A stretch of 64,000 nucleotides of DNA from Candidatus Heimdallarchaeum aukensis (lineage in GTDB: Archaea; Asgardarchaeota; Heimdallarchaeia; Heimdallarchaeales; Heimdallarchaeaceae): contig CP084166.1 of assembly GCA_021513695.1 (NCBI GenBank), positions 1,696,001 through 1,760,000 of the forward strand. The letters are read 5' to 3'. The notes under the pieces were generated by a model. That model made no database searches. It was given only the letters and a program-made list of their open reading frames with translations, and was not told the origin of the DNA. This document shows, piece by piece, positions 1 through 8,278 of this stretch. The first letter of the stretch is position 1, and every line of letters starts with the position of its first letter. The translations under genes were made by a program, and so were the position numbers.

Positions 1-380
1 ATATAAATATCAATTGTCGTTCTTGGAAAATCCTTGGTAAGGATCACAGAATTTAAAGCATCTGATATGACTTTTGATATTTCTCTTTCCCTTCTTGAGG
101 GAGCAGGGCTTTTTCTTTCAGCTACAGAAAAAGTCGACATTCTATAATAACACTGAACCAATGCTCTATCGGGTAAAGCTAAATGTTTTGGATGAAGTTC
201 TCTTGGTCCATAAACTGCAGCTAGAATTTTATTATTTCCCATATATATGAGAGCACTACCATCAGCATTATTTAAAACACCTACTTCTATTTTCGTAGGA
301 CGAAGTTCATTAAATTTTCTTCCATCAGTTCTTTTTCCTGTTTTTTCATCAATTAATTTTACTGAACCATCACCGGCCAT
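1..380 (-). CDS. rrp41: Exosome complex exonuclease Rrp41 (RNase PH domain), N-terminal part; gene continues beyond the window start
   Basis: Reverse-strand translation from the ATG at 380 gives MAGDGSVKLIDEKTGKRTDGRKFNELRPTKIEVGVLNNADGSALIYMGNNKILAAVYGPRELHP..., typical of archaeal Rrp41. It lies immediately downstream of rrp4 in the conserved Rrp4-Rrp41 order. It is absent from the ORF track because it is truncated. Confidence 0.8.
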   Translation of the reverse strand, partial: MAGDGSVKLIDEKTGKRTDGRKFNELRPTKIEVGVLNNADGSALIYMGNNKILAAVYGPRELHPKHLALPDRALVQCYYRMSTFSVAERKSPAPSRREREISKVISDALNSVILTKDFPRTTIDIY

Positions 381-384
381 ATAA

Positions 385-1071
385 TCACCTTTTTGAGTTT
401 AAAAATTCATTAATTCTATTCGTTAGATTTTGTGTATGAGCTTCTCGCTCAATTTTCTTAATTGCTTCAATAGCACGTAATTCGTCTTGAATTTTTTTTC
501 CTTGAACCCATATTCTTCCGTTTTGCCCTGTTATAATTTGGCATCTTGTTAATCTTTTTATCATATTTATCATACTACCTTTCTTTCCTATCACTCTTGG
601 AATATGAGCAGCTTCAATTTCTATTACTCTCCCTCCTTTTAATTTTCCAAGTCCACGCTCTTTGGTTGAAAGGTTAGGATCTTTTGTTCTATCAAAAGCA
701 ATTATTTTTGCTAAAACGATATCTCCAACATCGAAAATTTTTCTTGCGTCAGCCATTATTGGGTCAAAACGTTTTGTTACAGCATTCATACTTGTGAGAA
801 CACCAACATATGGAGAACCAATGTCTAGTATCCAGTTTGTTAATCCAACATCTATAACTAATCCAATTACTAGATCTCCTGCTCTTGGCAGATATTTACC
901 TTTTAATGATTTTACAGAGATATAATCTCCTCGATCTCTAAATAATCCAACAACAGTAGCATAGTAATTGTTGTCTTGTCTTACGACTCCACTACCATAC
1001 TTAAAATGACCGGTCGCAAGTTTATCTCCCGGTACAACTATGGCATGATTTTCAAAAAATATTTCATTCAT
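385..1071 (-). CDS. rrp4: Exosome complex RNA-binding subunit Rrp4 (S1 + KH domains)
   Basis: 228 aa with S1-like and KH-like regions (IPRVIGKKGSMINMIKRLTRCQIITGQNGRIWV). The canonical neighbours SBDS and Rrp41 are adjacent. Confidence 0.85.
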   Translation of the reverse strand: MNEIFFENHAIVVPGDKLATGHFKYGSGVVRQDNNYYATVVGLFRDRGDYISVKSLKGKYLPRAGDLVIGLVIDVGLTNWILDIGSPYVGVLTSMNAVTKRFDPIMADARKIFDVGDIVLAKIIAFDRTKDPNLSTKERGLGKLKGGRVIEIEAAHIPRVIGKKGSMINMIKRLTRCQIITGQNGRIWVQGKKIQDELRAIEAIKKIEREAHTQNLTNRINEFLNSKR

Positions 1072-1117
1072 ATTTTTTCACAACTCCTAATAATAATTGT
1101 TTCTTTACACCATTTCT

Positions 1118-1870
1118 TTATTCGGATAATCGCTCTAACACTTTTACTTGCGATTTTCCTTTTGACTTTGTCATTATTTCATCTAAGAAGTCTGCTTGTA
1201 ATCCAGCGGGTATTTGAATAACAGCAACTAGTGAACCGTCATCAAGCCATTCTTCCTGTAACAATTCTCCTTTACCGTGCAAAACTCCATAAATTGGTCC
1301 GGTATAGCTAGGAGGTATTTTTACAGCTAATTTTACAGTTTCTAGCCTAATTGGCATGACGGGTTTTAATAGTTTAATAATTTCATGAGCTTGATCTTTA
1401 ACTGGTTCATTAAACTTTATATTCACTCCAAGATCCAAAATGGCTTTTTCTAATCGATCCTTTGGAATTGGGGTATTTGTACGAGGATTTATACAATGTA
1501 GATGAATATAATCAACAATTTCTGCTCTCTTTTCTTTTTGGATTTCTTGTCTTTGCTCTTGTGTGAGCTGTAAATTTCCTTCTTTAAGTATTTTTACTGC
1601 TATTTCCCGTTCTGTTAGATCTCCAAAAACAGCTATAATGTCATCTTCACTTGCTTTTTCTCCTCTTGAAAGATTTTCATAGACGGTATATGACTCAAAA
1701 ATATCATCAACAGGAACATCTTCTCCTTGCCTAAACAACCAAGCAGGTTCAGGATTAACCAATAATTCAAACCTTCTACCATGTGTTTGCAATCGAACTA
1801 TCGATTTTCCTCTCAAATCAATACGTCTATCAATAGTGCTGCCAGTATATCCATGACCCATTTTTTTCAC
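1118..1870 (-). CDS. sdo1: SBDS/Sdo1 family ribosome maturation protein
   Basis: 250 aa. N-terminal FYSH-like segment (VRLQTHGRRFELLVNPEPAW). Conserved position upstream of rrp4 in the archaeal exosome superoperon. Confidence 0.8.
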   Translation of the reverse strand: MKKMGHGYTGSTIDRRIDLRGKSIVRLQTHGRRFELLVNPEPAWLFRQGEDVPVDDIFESYTVYENLSRGEKASEDDIIAVFGDLTEREIAVKILKEGNLQLTQEQRQEIQKEKRAEIVDYIHLHCINPRTNTPIPKDRLEKAILDLGVNIKFNEPVKDQAHEIIKLLKPVMPIRLETVKLAVKIPPSYTGPIYGVLHGKGELLQEEWLDDGSLVAVIQIPAGLQADFLDEIMTKSKGKSQVKVLERLSE

Positions 1871-2023
1871 ACTCTAAAATGTCAAAGTTGAAATTTTCCT
1901 TTTTAATAAGATATTCAACACCTAATTTATAAGGCTTATTAAGATTGAGAATAAACAAATATTATATCAATACTTAAAAAAAGTAGAGGAACAGACACAT
2001 AAATAAGAAAGTAGTTGAAATAT

Positions 2024-2863
2024 ATGCCTGAGGGTCCCGAAGTAGAATGTGTAAAAAATGCATTACAAAAACTTGTAGGTGAAAAAATCAAAAAAATAGG
2101 ATTAACAGAGCAATCACAAAAATATAAGAAATATCAAGGAAAAAGTAAACAATTTGAATATTTTATTGGAAAAACTATCAGAAAAATCACTAGATATGGA
2201 AAATATCTTGTTTGGGAATTCGACTCCAAAAAAGTGATCCTTAATCATCTAGGGATGACAGGAATGTGGTATTTAAGTAATAATGGAGAGGATATAAAAA
2301 GTGCAACTCATCCTAAACTATTTATAGAAACAGTATCTGGAATCAATGCTGTTTTTAGTGATATTAGAAATTTTGGTCAATTAAGAATTTTTAACAATCT
2401 TTCGGAAATAAAGAAATATTCTCCCATAAAGGATCTTGGGATAGATGGATTAACTCTGCCCTTTCCAACTGAACTTTTTATTAAAAAATTAGATGAGAAA
2501 AAGTATGTGAATAAACAGATTGCTAACATTCTACTTGATCAGAAATTAGTTGCAGGAATAGGTAATATCTATAAATCTGAATCCTTACATCTAGCAAAAA
2601 TAGATCCCCGTAAAATTGTAAAGAATCTTTCATTAGAAGAGAAAAAAAGATTAGCTAGTGCTATTTCACAAATACTTCAAAAGGCAGTAAAAAGTGGTGG
2701 AAGCTCAATAAGTACTTATAGATTGCCATCAGGAGAAGAAGGTAGTGGACAACAATGGCATCAGGTATATCGAAAGCAATATTGCGCAAACTGTAACTCA
2801 AAAATCGAAAAAATAATTCAAAACAAAAGAACAACATACTTTTGTCCAAAATGTCAAAAGTAA
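2024..2863 (+). CDS. Fpg/Nei family DNA glycosylase/AP lyase (formamidopyrimidine-DNA glycosylase / endonuclease VIII-like)
   Basis: N-terminal catalytic MPEGPEVE (Pro2 after Met). C-terminal zinc finger CANCNSKIEKIIQNKRTTYFCPKCQK. The ORF-track start at 2015 is a TTG; the ATG at 2024 gives the canonical MPE start. Confidence 0.8.
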   Translation: MPEGPEVECVKNALQKLVGEKIKKIGLTEQSQKYKKYQGKSKQFEYFIGKTIRKITRYGKYLVWEFDSKKVILNHLGMTGMWYLSNNGEDIKSATHPKLFIETVSGINAVFSDIRNFGQLRIFNNLSEIKKYSPIKDLGIDGLTLPFPTELFIKKLDEKKYVNKQIANILLDQKLVAGIGNIYKSESLHLAKIDPRKIVKNLSLEEKKRLASAISQILQKAVKSGGSSISTYRLPSGEEGSGQQWHQVYRKQYCANCNSKIEKIIQNKRTTYFCPKCQK

Positions 2864-2937
2864 TTTAGAAGTCCAAACCTAGACAATCACGAAGTTACTC
2901 CAAAACAGTTAAATCTGTAATAACAAAGTTAGTCTTA

Positions 2938-4908
2938 ATGAGTCTGGAGAATTTAATAGAAATTGTTTCAAAAGAATTATCTGGTGAACGTGCAAAAAGA
3001 TACACAGCAAAAGTTTCTAGCTATCATAGAATACAAGCTAGTTCAGGATTTTTTGATGCAATAGAATTTATAAGAAGTGAACTTGAGAGATTAGGAGATA
3101 AAAATTATAAAATTGAAGAATTTATCGCTGATGGGAAAAAAAATAATTATTCTTGGTATTCACCAATTTCTTGGGAAATTAACGATGGTTTTCTAAGAAT
3201 GATAGAACCTGAAAATCTTTACTTATGTAGGTTTAATGAAACACCAGAAAGCATTGCAACACATTCAAAAGAAACAGATATTAAAGCAGAATTAGTTGAT
3301 ATTGAGGATGCAACCAATAAAGAACTCCTCAAAAAAGAAAATATTGAAGGGAAGATTGTATTAACAAGTGCCTCTGTTAAAAACATAAAAGAAAAAATTT
3401 ACAAATTAGGTGCTCTAGGAGTAATAATTTATCCTTCAGAAAAACGAGCAGTGGGAAAAGAAAATTTAATTCAATATGTTGGATTGTGGCCAAATGAATC
3501 AGATGCGGAAATGACAACATTTGGTTTTTCAATATCTAGAAAACAAGCAATAATGCTGAAGAACTATCTTAAAAAAGAAAAAGTGCTTCTTCATGCAAAA
3601 ATTGATTCTAAGCTTTATGCTGGAAAGCTCCACGTTTTGACAACAAAAATAGATGGAAATAGAGAAAGTGATGAAGAAATCGTTCTAATAGCCCACATTT
3701 GTCATCCCTACCCTTCTGCTAATGATAATGCATCAGGAAGTGGACTGCTATTAGAGATATATAGAACATTAAAAAAACTAATAGAAAAAAAGATTGTTGT
3801 TCCTAAAAGATCAATCAGATTTTTATGGGTACCAGAATTTAATGGAACAATTCCTTGGATAAAAAAACAAATAGAAAAAGGTACGTGGAATCCTGTTTTC
3901 TGCATTAATTTAGATATGGTAGGAGAACATCCAGGAATAATTGGAGAACCATTTACTGTAAGTCAATCAAGTGTTTCCACACCATTTTTTCTTAATGATT
4001 TAATAGCAGAATTAATAGAAAAATGCAAGGATAACCCATTATTAATTGAACAATCAGGTTGGAGCCACCCCTGGAATTGCAGAATGAAACCTTTTGCAGG
4101 AGGTTCTGATCACATCTTATTTACTGATGAACCAGTTAGAATTCCTTCTGTGATGTTTGGGCATGAAGACAGATTTTGGCATACAAACTTAGATACGATA
4201 GAGAAGGTTGATCCAACAGAACTAAAACGAGTTGGTGTCCTGGCAGCTTCTACAGTTTTGTCATCCTTAAATGAAACACAATTCAGTAATGAAATTCTAT
4301 TATCATATCTTACAGGATTTCTTAACAGAAAAAGTCAAGTTATTAAATTTTTACAGACTGAATTAAAAAAATTACAGAAAAGAAGTAACAATAATCTTGA
4401 AATGAAAATATTAGAAAGAGTGGGTGATTCCTTTTTCTTTAATGAGAAAGAAAAGGTAAGAAGTATTAAAACCAATTTTAAAAATTTTAATAAAGAATTG
4501 TTGGATTTTATAGAGTCAGAGCTAAAACACACAAAAAATGAATTAAACAAATTAACATTAAAAAATAAGGTAGACAATAATTTTGAGATTGATGAATTGT
4601 ACTTGAAAAAAGTTGAAAGAAGATGGGAAGGGCCATTTAACATTAGCGAGATTTTTTCTTTGTTAAACGAAGAGAAGAAAGAACAAGATATTCTCACAAA
4701 AGAAGAAAAAACCTTGATTAAGAAGTTTATTCAATCATCTTATTTTGGTGGTTCAGTTCTTGAACTAATAAATTTAATTAATAACGAGAGAACATTACTT
4801 AATATTTTAGTAGAGTATACTTTAACCTTTTACAATATTCCAGAGTTAAATGTAATAGAAAATTTCTTTAAATACCTAAAATCTAAGGAACTTATTAGAT
4901 TAGTATAA
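2938..4908 (+). CDS. M28 family metallopeptidase-like protein with PA-like region and ~200-aa C-terminal helical extension (TfR/GCPII-like architecture)
   Basis: M28 zinc-ligand signature HICHPYPSANDNASGSGLLLEI (H..D / NDNASG). 656 aa. Lys/Glu-rich helical tail. Confidence 0.5.
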   Translation: MSLENLIEIVSKELSGERAKRYTAKVSSYHRIQASSGFFDAIEFIRSELERLGDKNYKIEEFIADGKKNNYSWYSPISWEINDGFLRMIEPENLYLCRFNETPESIATHSKETDIKAELVDIEDATNKELLKKENIEGKIVLTSASVKNIKEKIYKLGALGVIIYPSEKRAVGKENLIQYVGLWPNESDAEMTTFGFSISRKQAIMLKNYLKKEKVLLHAKIDSKLYAGKLHVLTTKIDGNRESDEEIVLIAHICHPYPSANDNASGSGLLLEIYRTLKKLIEKKIVVPKRSIRFLWVPEFNGTIPWIKKQIEKGTWNPVFCINLDMVGEHPGIIGEPFTVSQSSVSTPFFLNDLIAELIEKCKDNPLLIEQSGWSHPWNCRMKPFAGGSDHILFTDEPVRIPSVMFGHEDRFWHTNLDTIEKVDPTELKRVGVLAASTVLSSLNETQFSNEILLSYLTGFLNRKSQVIKFLQTELKKLQKRSNNNLEMKILERVGDSFFFNEKEKVRSIKTNFKNFNKELLDFIESELKHTKNELNKLTLKNKVDNNFEIDELYLKKVERRWEGPFNISEIFSLLNEEKKEQDILTKEEKTLIKKFIQSSYFGGSVLELINLINNERTLLNILVEYTLTFYNIPELNVIENFFKYLKSKELIRLV

Positions 4909-5078
4909 AAACTAAGGAATGATTATATTCCTTAGCATTTTTTGAAACAACAGATTGAGTATAGAAGTAAAAGCATTGGATAGATTATCCACATAAGAGT
5001 TTTAAGATATATTATTTCAGAAACGAAATTATTTTAATATATGAAAGGTATACACCTTTAAGGAATTTAATTATATAG

Positions 5079-5999
5079 TTGGAGAAAAATAAAATGTCTA
5101 AAGATCAAATAAAAAGTTTAGTTAATTCAGTAGCTGTATTAAAAGAAATGGTAGAAAATATTGTCAAAGTCGTACAAAAAAGATTTGAAGAGTTTGAGAA
5201 AGAAATTACAGCAATAAAAAATGAACTCCAAGAGATCCGAACAGGAACTAGTGTAGAAAGTTCTTATGATTATACAGCATTAGAAAAGAAGTTAAACAAA
5301 TTAGAAACTCGATTCGAAAAATTAAATGAAAAGTTCCTTCTATCAATCGCTGCAAAAACTGTTGAAAAAAGAGAAACAGAAGTAATTCCTAAAACTCCAG
5401 CAGTAGAACCTAAACCAGCACCACAAGTAACAACTCCAGTAGCAGAATCTAAACCAGCACCACAAGTAACAACTCCAGTAGCAGAATCTAAACCAGCACC
5501 ACAAGTAACAACTCCAGTAGCAGAATCTAAACCAGCACCACAAGTAACAACTCCAGCAGCAGAATCTAAACCAGCACCACAAGTAACAACTCCAGTAGTA
5601 GAACCAAAACCAACTCCTCAAGTAACAACTCCAGCACCACAAGTAACAACACCGCCACCAGAACCAAAACCAACTCCTCAAGTAACAACTCCAGCACCAC
5701 AAGTAACAACACCGCCACCAGAACCAAAACCAACTCCACAAGTAACAGCACCAGCTACAAAACCCGTCCCCTCTAGTGAGAGAGATGTTAGTCCAATAGC
5801 TAAAGAAGCGCCTAGTGCACCAATACCTGCTCCTCCAAAGCTTGAACAACCAACCTCACCTCAATCGTTTAGTCCATCACGCATTGACACTGTAGCAAGA
5901 TCATTAGAAAAAAAAGAAACACCAAGTACAGCAGAGGAACCAGCTTCAGGAGACAAAGCTGAATTGCTAAAAGCGTTAAAGAAATTAGAAGAGTTATAA
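5079..5999 (+). CDS. Hypothetical coiled-coil protein with Pro/Thr-rich repetitive linker (KPAPQVTTPVAES repeats)
   Basis: N-terminal ~100 aa heptad-like coiled coil, then 5x 13-aa and ~2.5x 20-aa P/T/Q/V repeats, ending in the acidic helix KAELLKALKKLEEL. No signal peptide or TM. N-terminus is a paralog of 61565..62398. Confidence 0.5.
   Translation: MEKNKMSKDQIKSLVNSVAVLKEMVENIVKVVQKRFEEFEKEITAIKNELQEIRTGTSVESSYDYTALEKKLNKLETRFEKLNEKFLLSIAAKTVEKRETEVIPKTPAVEPKPAPQVTTPVAESKPAPQVTTPVAESKPAPQVTTPVAESKPAPQVTTPAAESKPAPQVTTPVVEPKPTPQVTTPAPQVTTPPPEPKPTPQVTTPAPQVTTPPPEPKPTPQVTAPATKPVPSSERDVSPIAKEAPSAPIPAPPKLEQPTSPQSFSPSRIDTVARSLEKKETPSTAEEPASGDKAELLKALKKLEEL
5412..5750 (+). repeat. In-frame tandem repeats: about 5 x 39 bp (aaaccagcaccacaagtaacaactccagtagcagaatct) followed by about 2.5 x 60 bp (ccaactcctcaagtaacaactccagcaccacaagtaacaacaccgccaccagaaccaaaa)
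   Basis: Near-perfect direct repeats readable in the sequence from 5412 to ~5750. They generate the shadow ORFs 5343..5849 and 5566..5751 on the opposite strand. Confidence 0.85.
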
Positions 6000-6058
6000 T
6001 CTTTATTTTTTAAAGTAAAAATTATAATAAGAAAAAATTCTTTAATGCTTGAAAATCA

Positions 6059-7105
6059 TTGTATTTAATGATTTTTCCTTTTATAATTTATCTATTAGCA
6101 TTTGTTTTACCAGCATTAATTTCTCTAGCCATATTTCCAATTTTTATAAGAAAAATGTTATCTATAGGTAAATATGGGATTGATATTCACAAGAAAGAAC
6201 AACCGAAAGTCGCCGAAATGGGGGGTATAGTTACTTTATCTGCAATAATTATTAGTTCAGTAATTCTAATATTATTGATTCAAGATCAGTCAATAAAATT
6301 AGAGATTATGATATTTACCATAACTTTAACTATTGCAGGAATTATAGGTATAGTTGATGATATTCGTCCATTAGGAGCGATTACAAAACCCATACTTTTA
6401 TTATTTGCAGCATTACCAATAATAATTTCTGGATATTTTACTCCGCAACCAGTATTACCGTTTGTTGGAAAAACTAGGCTAACAATTGTTTATTATCTAT
6501 TACTCCCATTTGTAATCTCTGTTACATCTAATGCGGTTAACATGATTGATGTTTATAATGGTTCTATGGCTTCAACTACAATAATTATTTTAATATGCAT
6601 TTTTATCTCAAATGGAATAATAAATGGTTTCCAATTTACTACTCTTAGCACAACCAACATTTACATTTTAATTATGATAGCTGCAGCTTTTTCTTTTTGG
6701 ATTTTCAATCGGTATCCTGCAAAAGTTTTTGCGGGAGATACTGGCAGTTTAATTTTTGGAGCATCACTTGGTGCAATAGCTGTACTAGGTAAGTTAGAAA
6801 TAGTCGTTATTATTGCAATGATTCCTTTAATAATGAACTCTTTTGGAATAATAAGTAGTGTAAAAGGATTGAAAGAAAGAAGAGAAATTAAAGTACGTCC
6901 AACTTCGATGACTGAAGATTGGAAGCTTCAAGCAACAAGAGATTCCCAAGCCCCAATCACATTAGCAGGACTAGTATTACAAAAAGGGCCGCTACGTGAA
7001 GATGATGTAGTTAAAGCTTTTAATATCTTAGTCATCATCAGTGGATTTTTGTCCATAATTACAGCGATATTAATCTGGGTAACAGAAACTTTTTTGGTGA
7101 ATTAA
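6059..7105 (+). CDS. aglH: UDP-GlcNAc:dolichyl-phosphate GlcNAc-1-phosphate transferase (GPT/MraY-WecA family; AglH/Alg7-like)
   Basis: Polytopic membrane protein with family motifs IVDDIRPL, VNMIDVYNG and FAGDTGSLIFGASLG. Confidence 0.75.
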   Translation: MYLMIFPFIIYLLAFVLPALISLAIFPIFIRKMLSIGKYGIDIHKKEQPKVAEMGGIVTLSAIIISSVILILLIQDQSIKLEIMIFTITLTIAGIIGIVDDIRPLGAITKPILLLFAALPIIISGYFTPQPVLPFVGKTRLTIVYYLLLPFVISVTSNAVNMIDVYNGSMASTTIIILICIFISNGIINGFQFTTLSTTNIYILIMIAAAFSFWIFNRYPAKVFAGDTGSLIFGASLGAIAVLGKLEIVVIIAMIPLIMNSFGIISSVKGLKERREIKVRPTSMTEDWKLQATRDSQAPITLAGLVLQKGPLREDDVVKAFNILVIISGFLSIITAILIWVTETFLVN

Positions 7106-7378
7106 ATGAAGTATTATAAAATAGTTCCAAGATTGAAGAATATAATAGGATTAGAATTTTTTGTCTTTATAAGTTTTTTAGCTATCTGTGAATTAATCAA
7201 TATATTGATAGTGAATCTTGTTCCAAATACTAGTAATACATTCTGGGCTTTTGTATACGGAATTTTAGAAATAGGAGGAAGTGCAGTCCTAGTAGGAATT
7301 TGGTTGATAATTTGGTACGTTTTGACAAAAAAACTAATGAAAAATGATAACGAAACCGAATCTATAGAAGAGGAATAA
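7106..7378 (+). CDS. Small 2-TM membrane protein, translationally coupled to aglH (TAAATG overlap)
   Basis: The stop of 6059..7105 is followed directly by the ATG at 7106. Two hydrophobic helices, acidic C-terminus. No recognisable family. Confidence 0.35.
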   Translation: MKYYKIVPRLKNIIGLEFFVFISFLAICELINILIVNLVPNTSNTFWAFVYGILEIGGSAVLVGIWLIIWYVLTKKLMKNDNETESIEEE

Positions 7379-7407
7379 AAACAGAAAGAAAAATAAATAC
7401 ATAAAAG

Positions 7408-8073
7408 TTATGAAGAAACTTTTTGTGATTCTAAAAGATATAATCTTTTCTTTAATGAATGATACTTTTTAGCAAATTCTAGGCTAGAGACTTCATAATC
7501 CTCAAACTGTTGTTCAAGTGCAAATAATTCATTCTCAACTTTTAATATTTCATCCTCAAGTAGTTTTGATTTCTCTTGAGCAATAACATTTTCAGAAACA
7601 CTGCTTCTCTCTTTTCGCTCGATCTCTGCTAATTCCCTCTTTTTCTGTTCTAATATTCGAACTAATTGAGATTTTTGATTATTTAACATCGCAATTTCTG
7701 ATGTTGGATCTTCCCATGTAGTTTCAGCATATGAAACCATTTTTGCTCTTACTCTTTGAAACAGACGCTTTACTTCTGCAATTACTTGAAAAATATGATA
7801 AGTTGGCCTCCACCGAGCTAACATTCTCATAGAAAGGATTCCATCTTCGACATTTGGATGTTCCATGGGAGTATTGACATAGATAGTTGGAGGAACATTT
7901 GGAAAATCATTAGGAATAACAATTTCTATTTCAGCATTTTTGGTGCCATTATAGGTTTGAACTGGAACAAAACCTTTCCATATTCTTAAATTGCCATCTT
8001 TAGGTTCAAAACCATAAGCTCTTTCATAAATAAATTGGGCCTCTCGACTTAGAATTTCATCGGAAATGGTCAT
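7408..8073 (-). CDS. UEV (ubiquitin E2 variant, catalytically inactive UBC fold) + C-terminal coiled coil; TSG101/Vps23-like (ESCRT-I) candidate
   Basis: UBC-fold motif HPNVEDGILSMRMLARWRPTYHIFQV retains HPN and Trp, but the catalytic Cys position is Ser. Followed by ~90 aa coiled coil (stalk/steadiness-box-like). Confidence 0.5.
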   Translation of the reverse strand: MTISDEILSREAQFIYERAYGFEPKDGNLRIWKGFVPVQTYNGTKNAEIEIVIPNDFPNVPPTIYVNTPMEHPNVEDGILSMRMLARWRPTYHIFQVIAEVKRLFQRVRAKMVSYAETTWEDPTSEIAMLNNQKSQLVRILEQKKRELAEIERKERSSVSENVIAQEKSKLLEDEILKVENELFALEQQFEDYEVSSLEFAKKYHSLKKRLYLLESQKVSS

Positions 8074-8278
8074 ATTTAATCAACGCTCCTTGAATCTAAA
8101 TAGCGAATCCACTATAAATAGCTTCCTTTTTAACTTTAAAGAATTCTATTTTATTTACAATATCAAATATTTCATTTCTAAAACTTTGTTTTTGATAATA
8201 GCTAAATATTTTCTCAAAATTAGGTATCTCTAACTTTAAAAATAAAATAGTTTGAGTTAGATTCAAACAGTGGAAAAA

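Noticed and set aside
662-925. Numerous 60-100-aa ORFs nested antisense inside larger genes (e.g. 662..925, 3708..3905, 9208..9456, 13891..14196, 28723..28953, 34261..34521, 61812..62309)
   Set aside because: All lie opposite well-supported long CDSs and have biased low-complexity composition. Interpreted as shadow ORFs of the true genes.
5343-5849. Minus-strand ORFs 5343..5849 (168 aa, Trp/Cys/Tyr-rich) and 5566..5751 (61 aa, poly-Leu/Val) antisense to the repeat protein
   Set aside because: Both are reverse-complement readings of the 39/60-bp tandem repeats. They give periodic, low-complexity products with no start context. Shadow ORFs.
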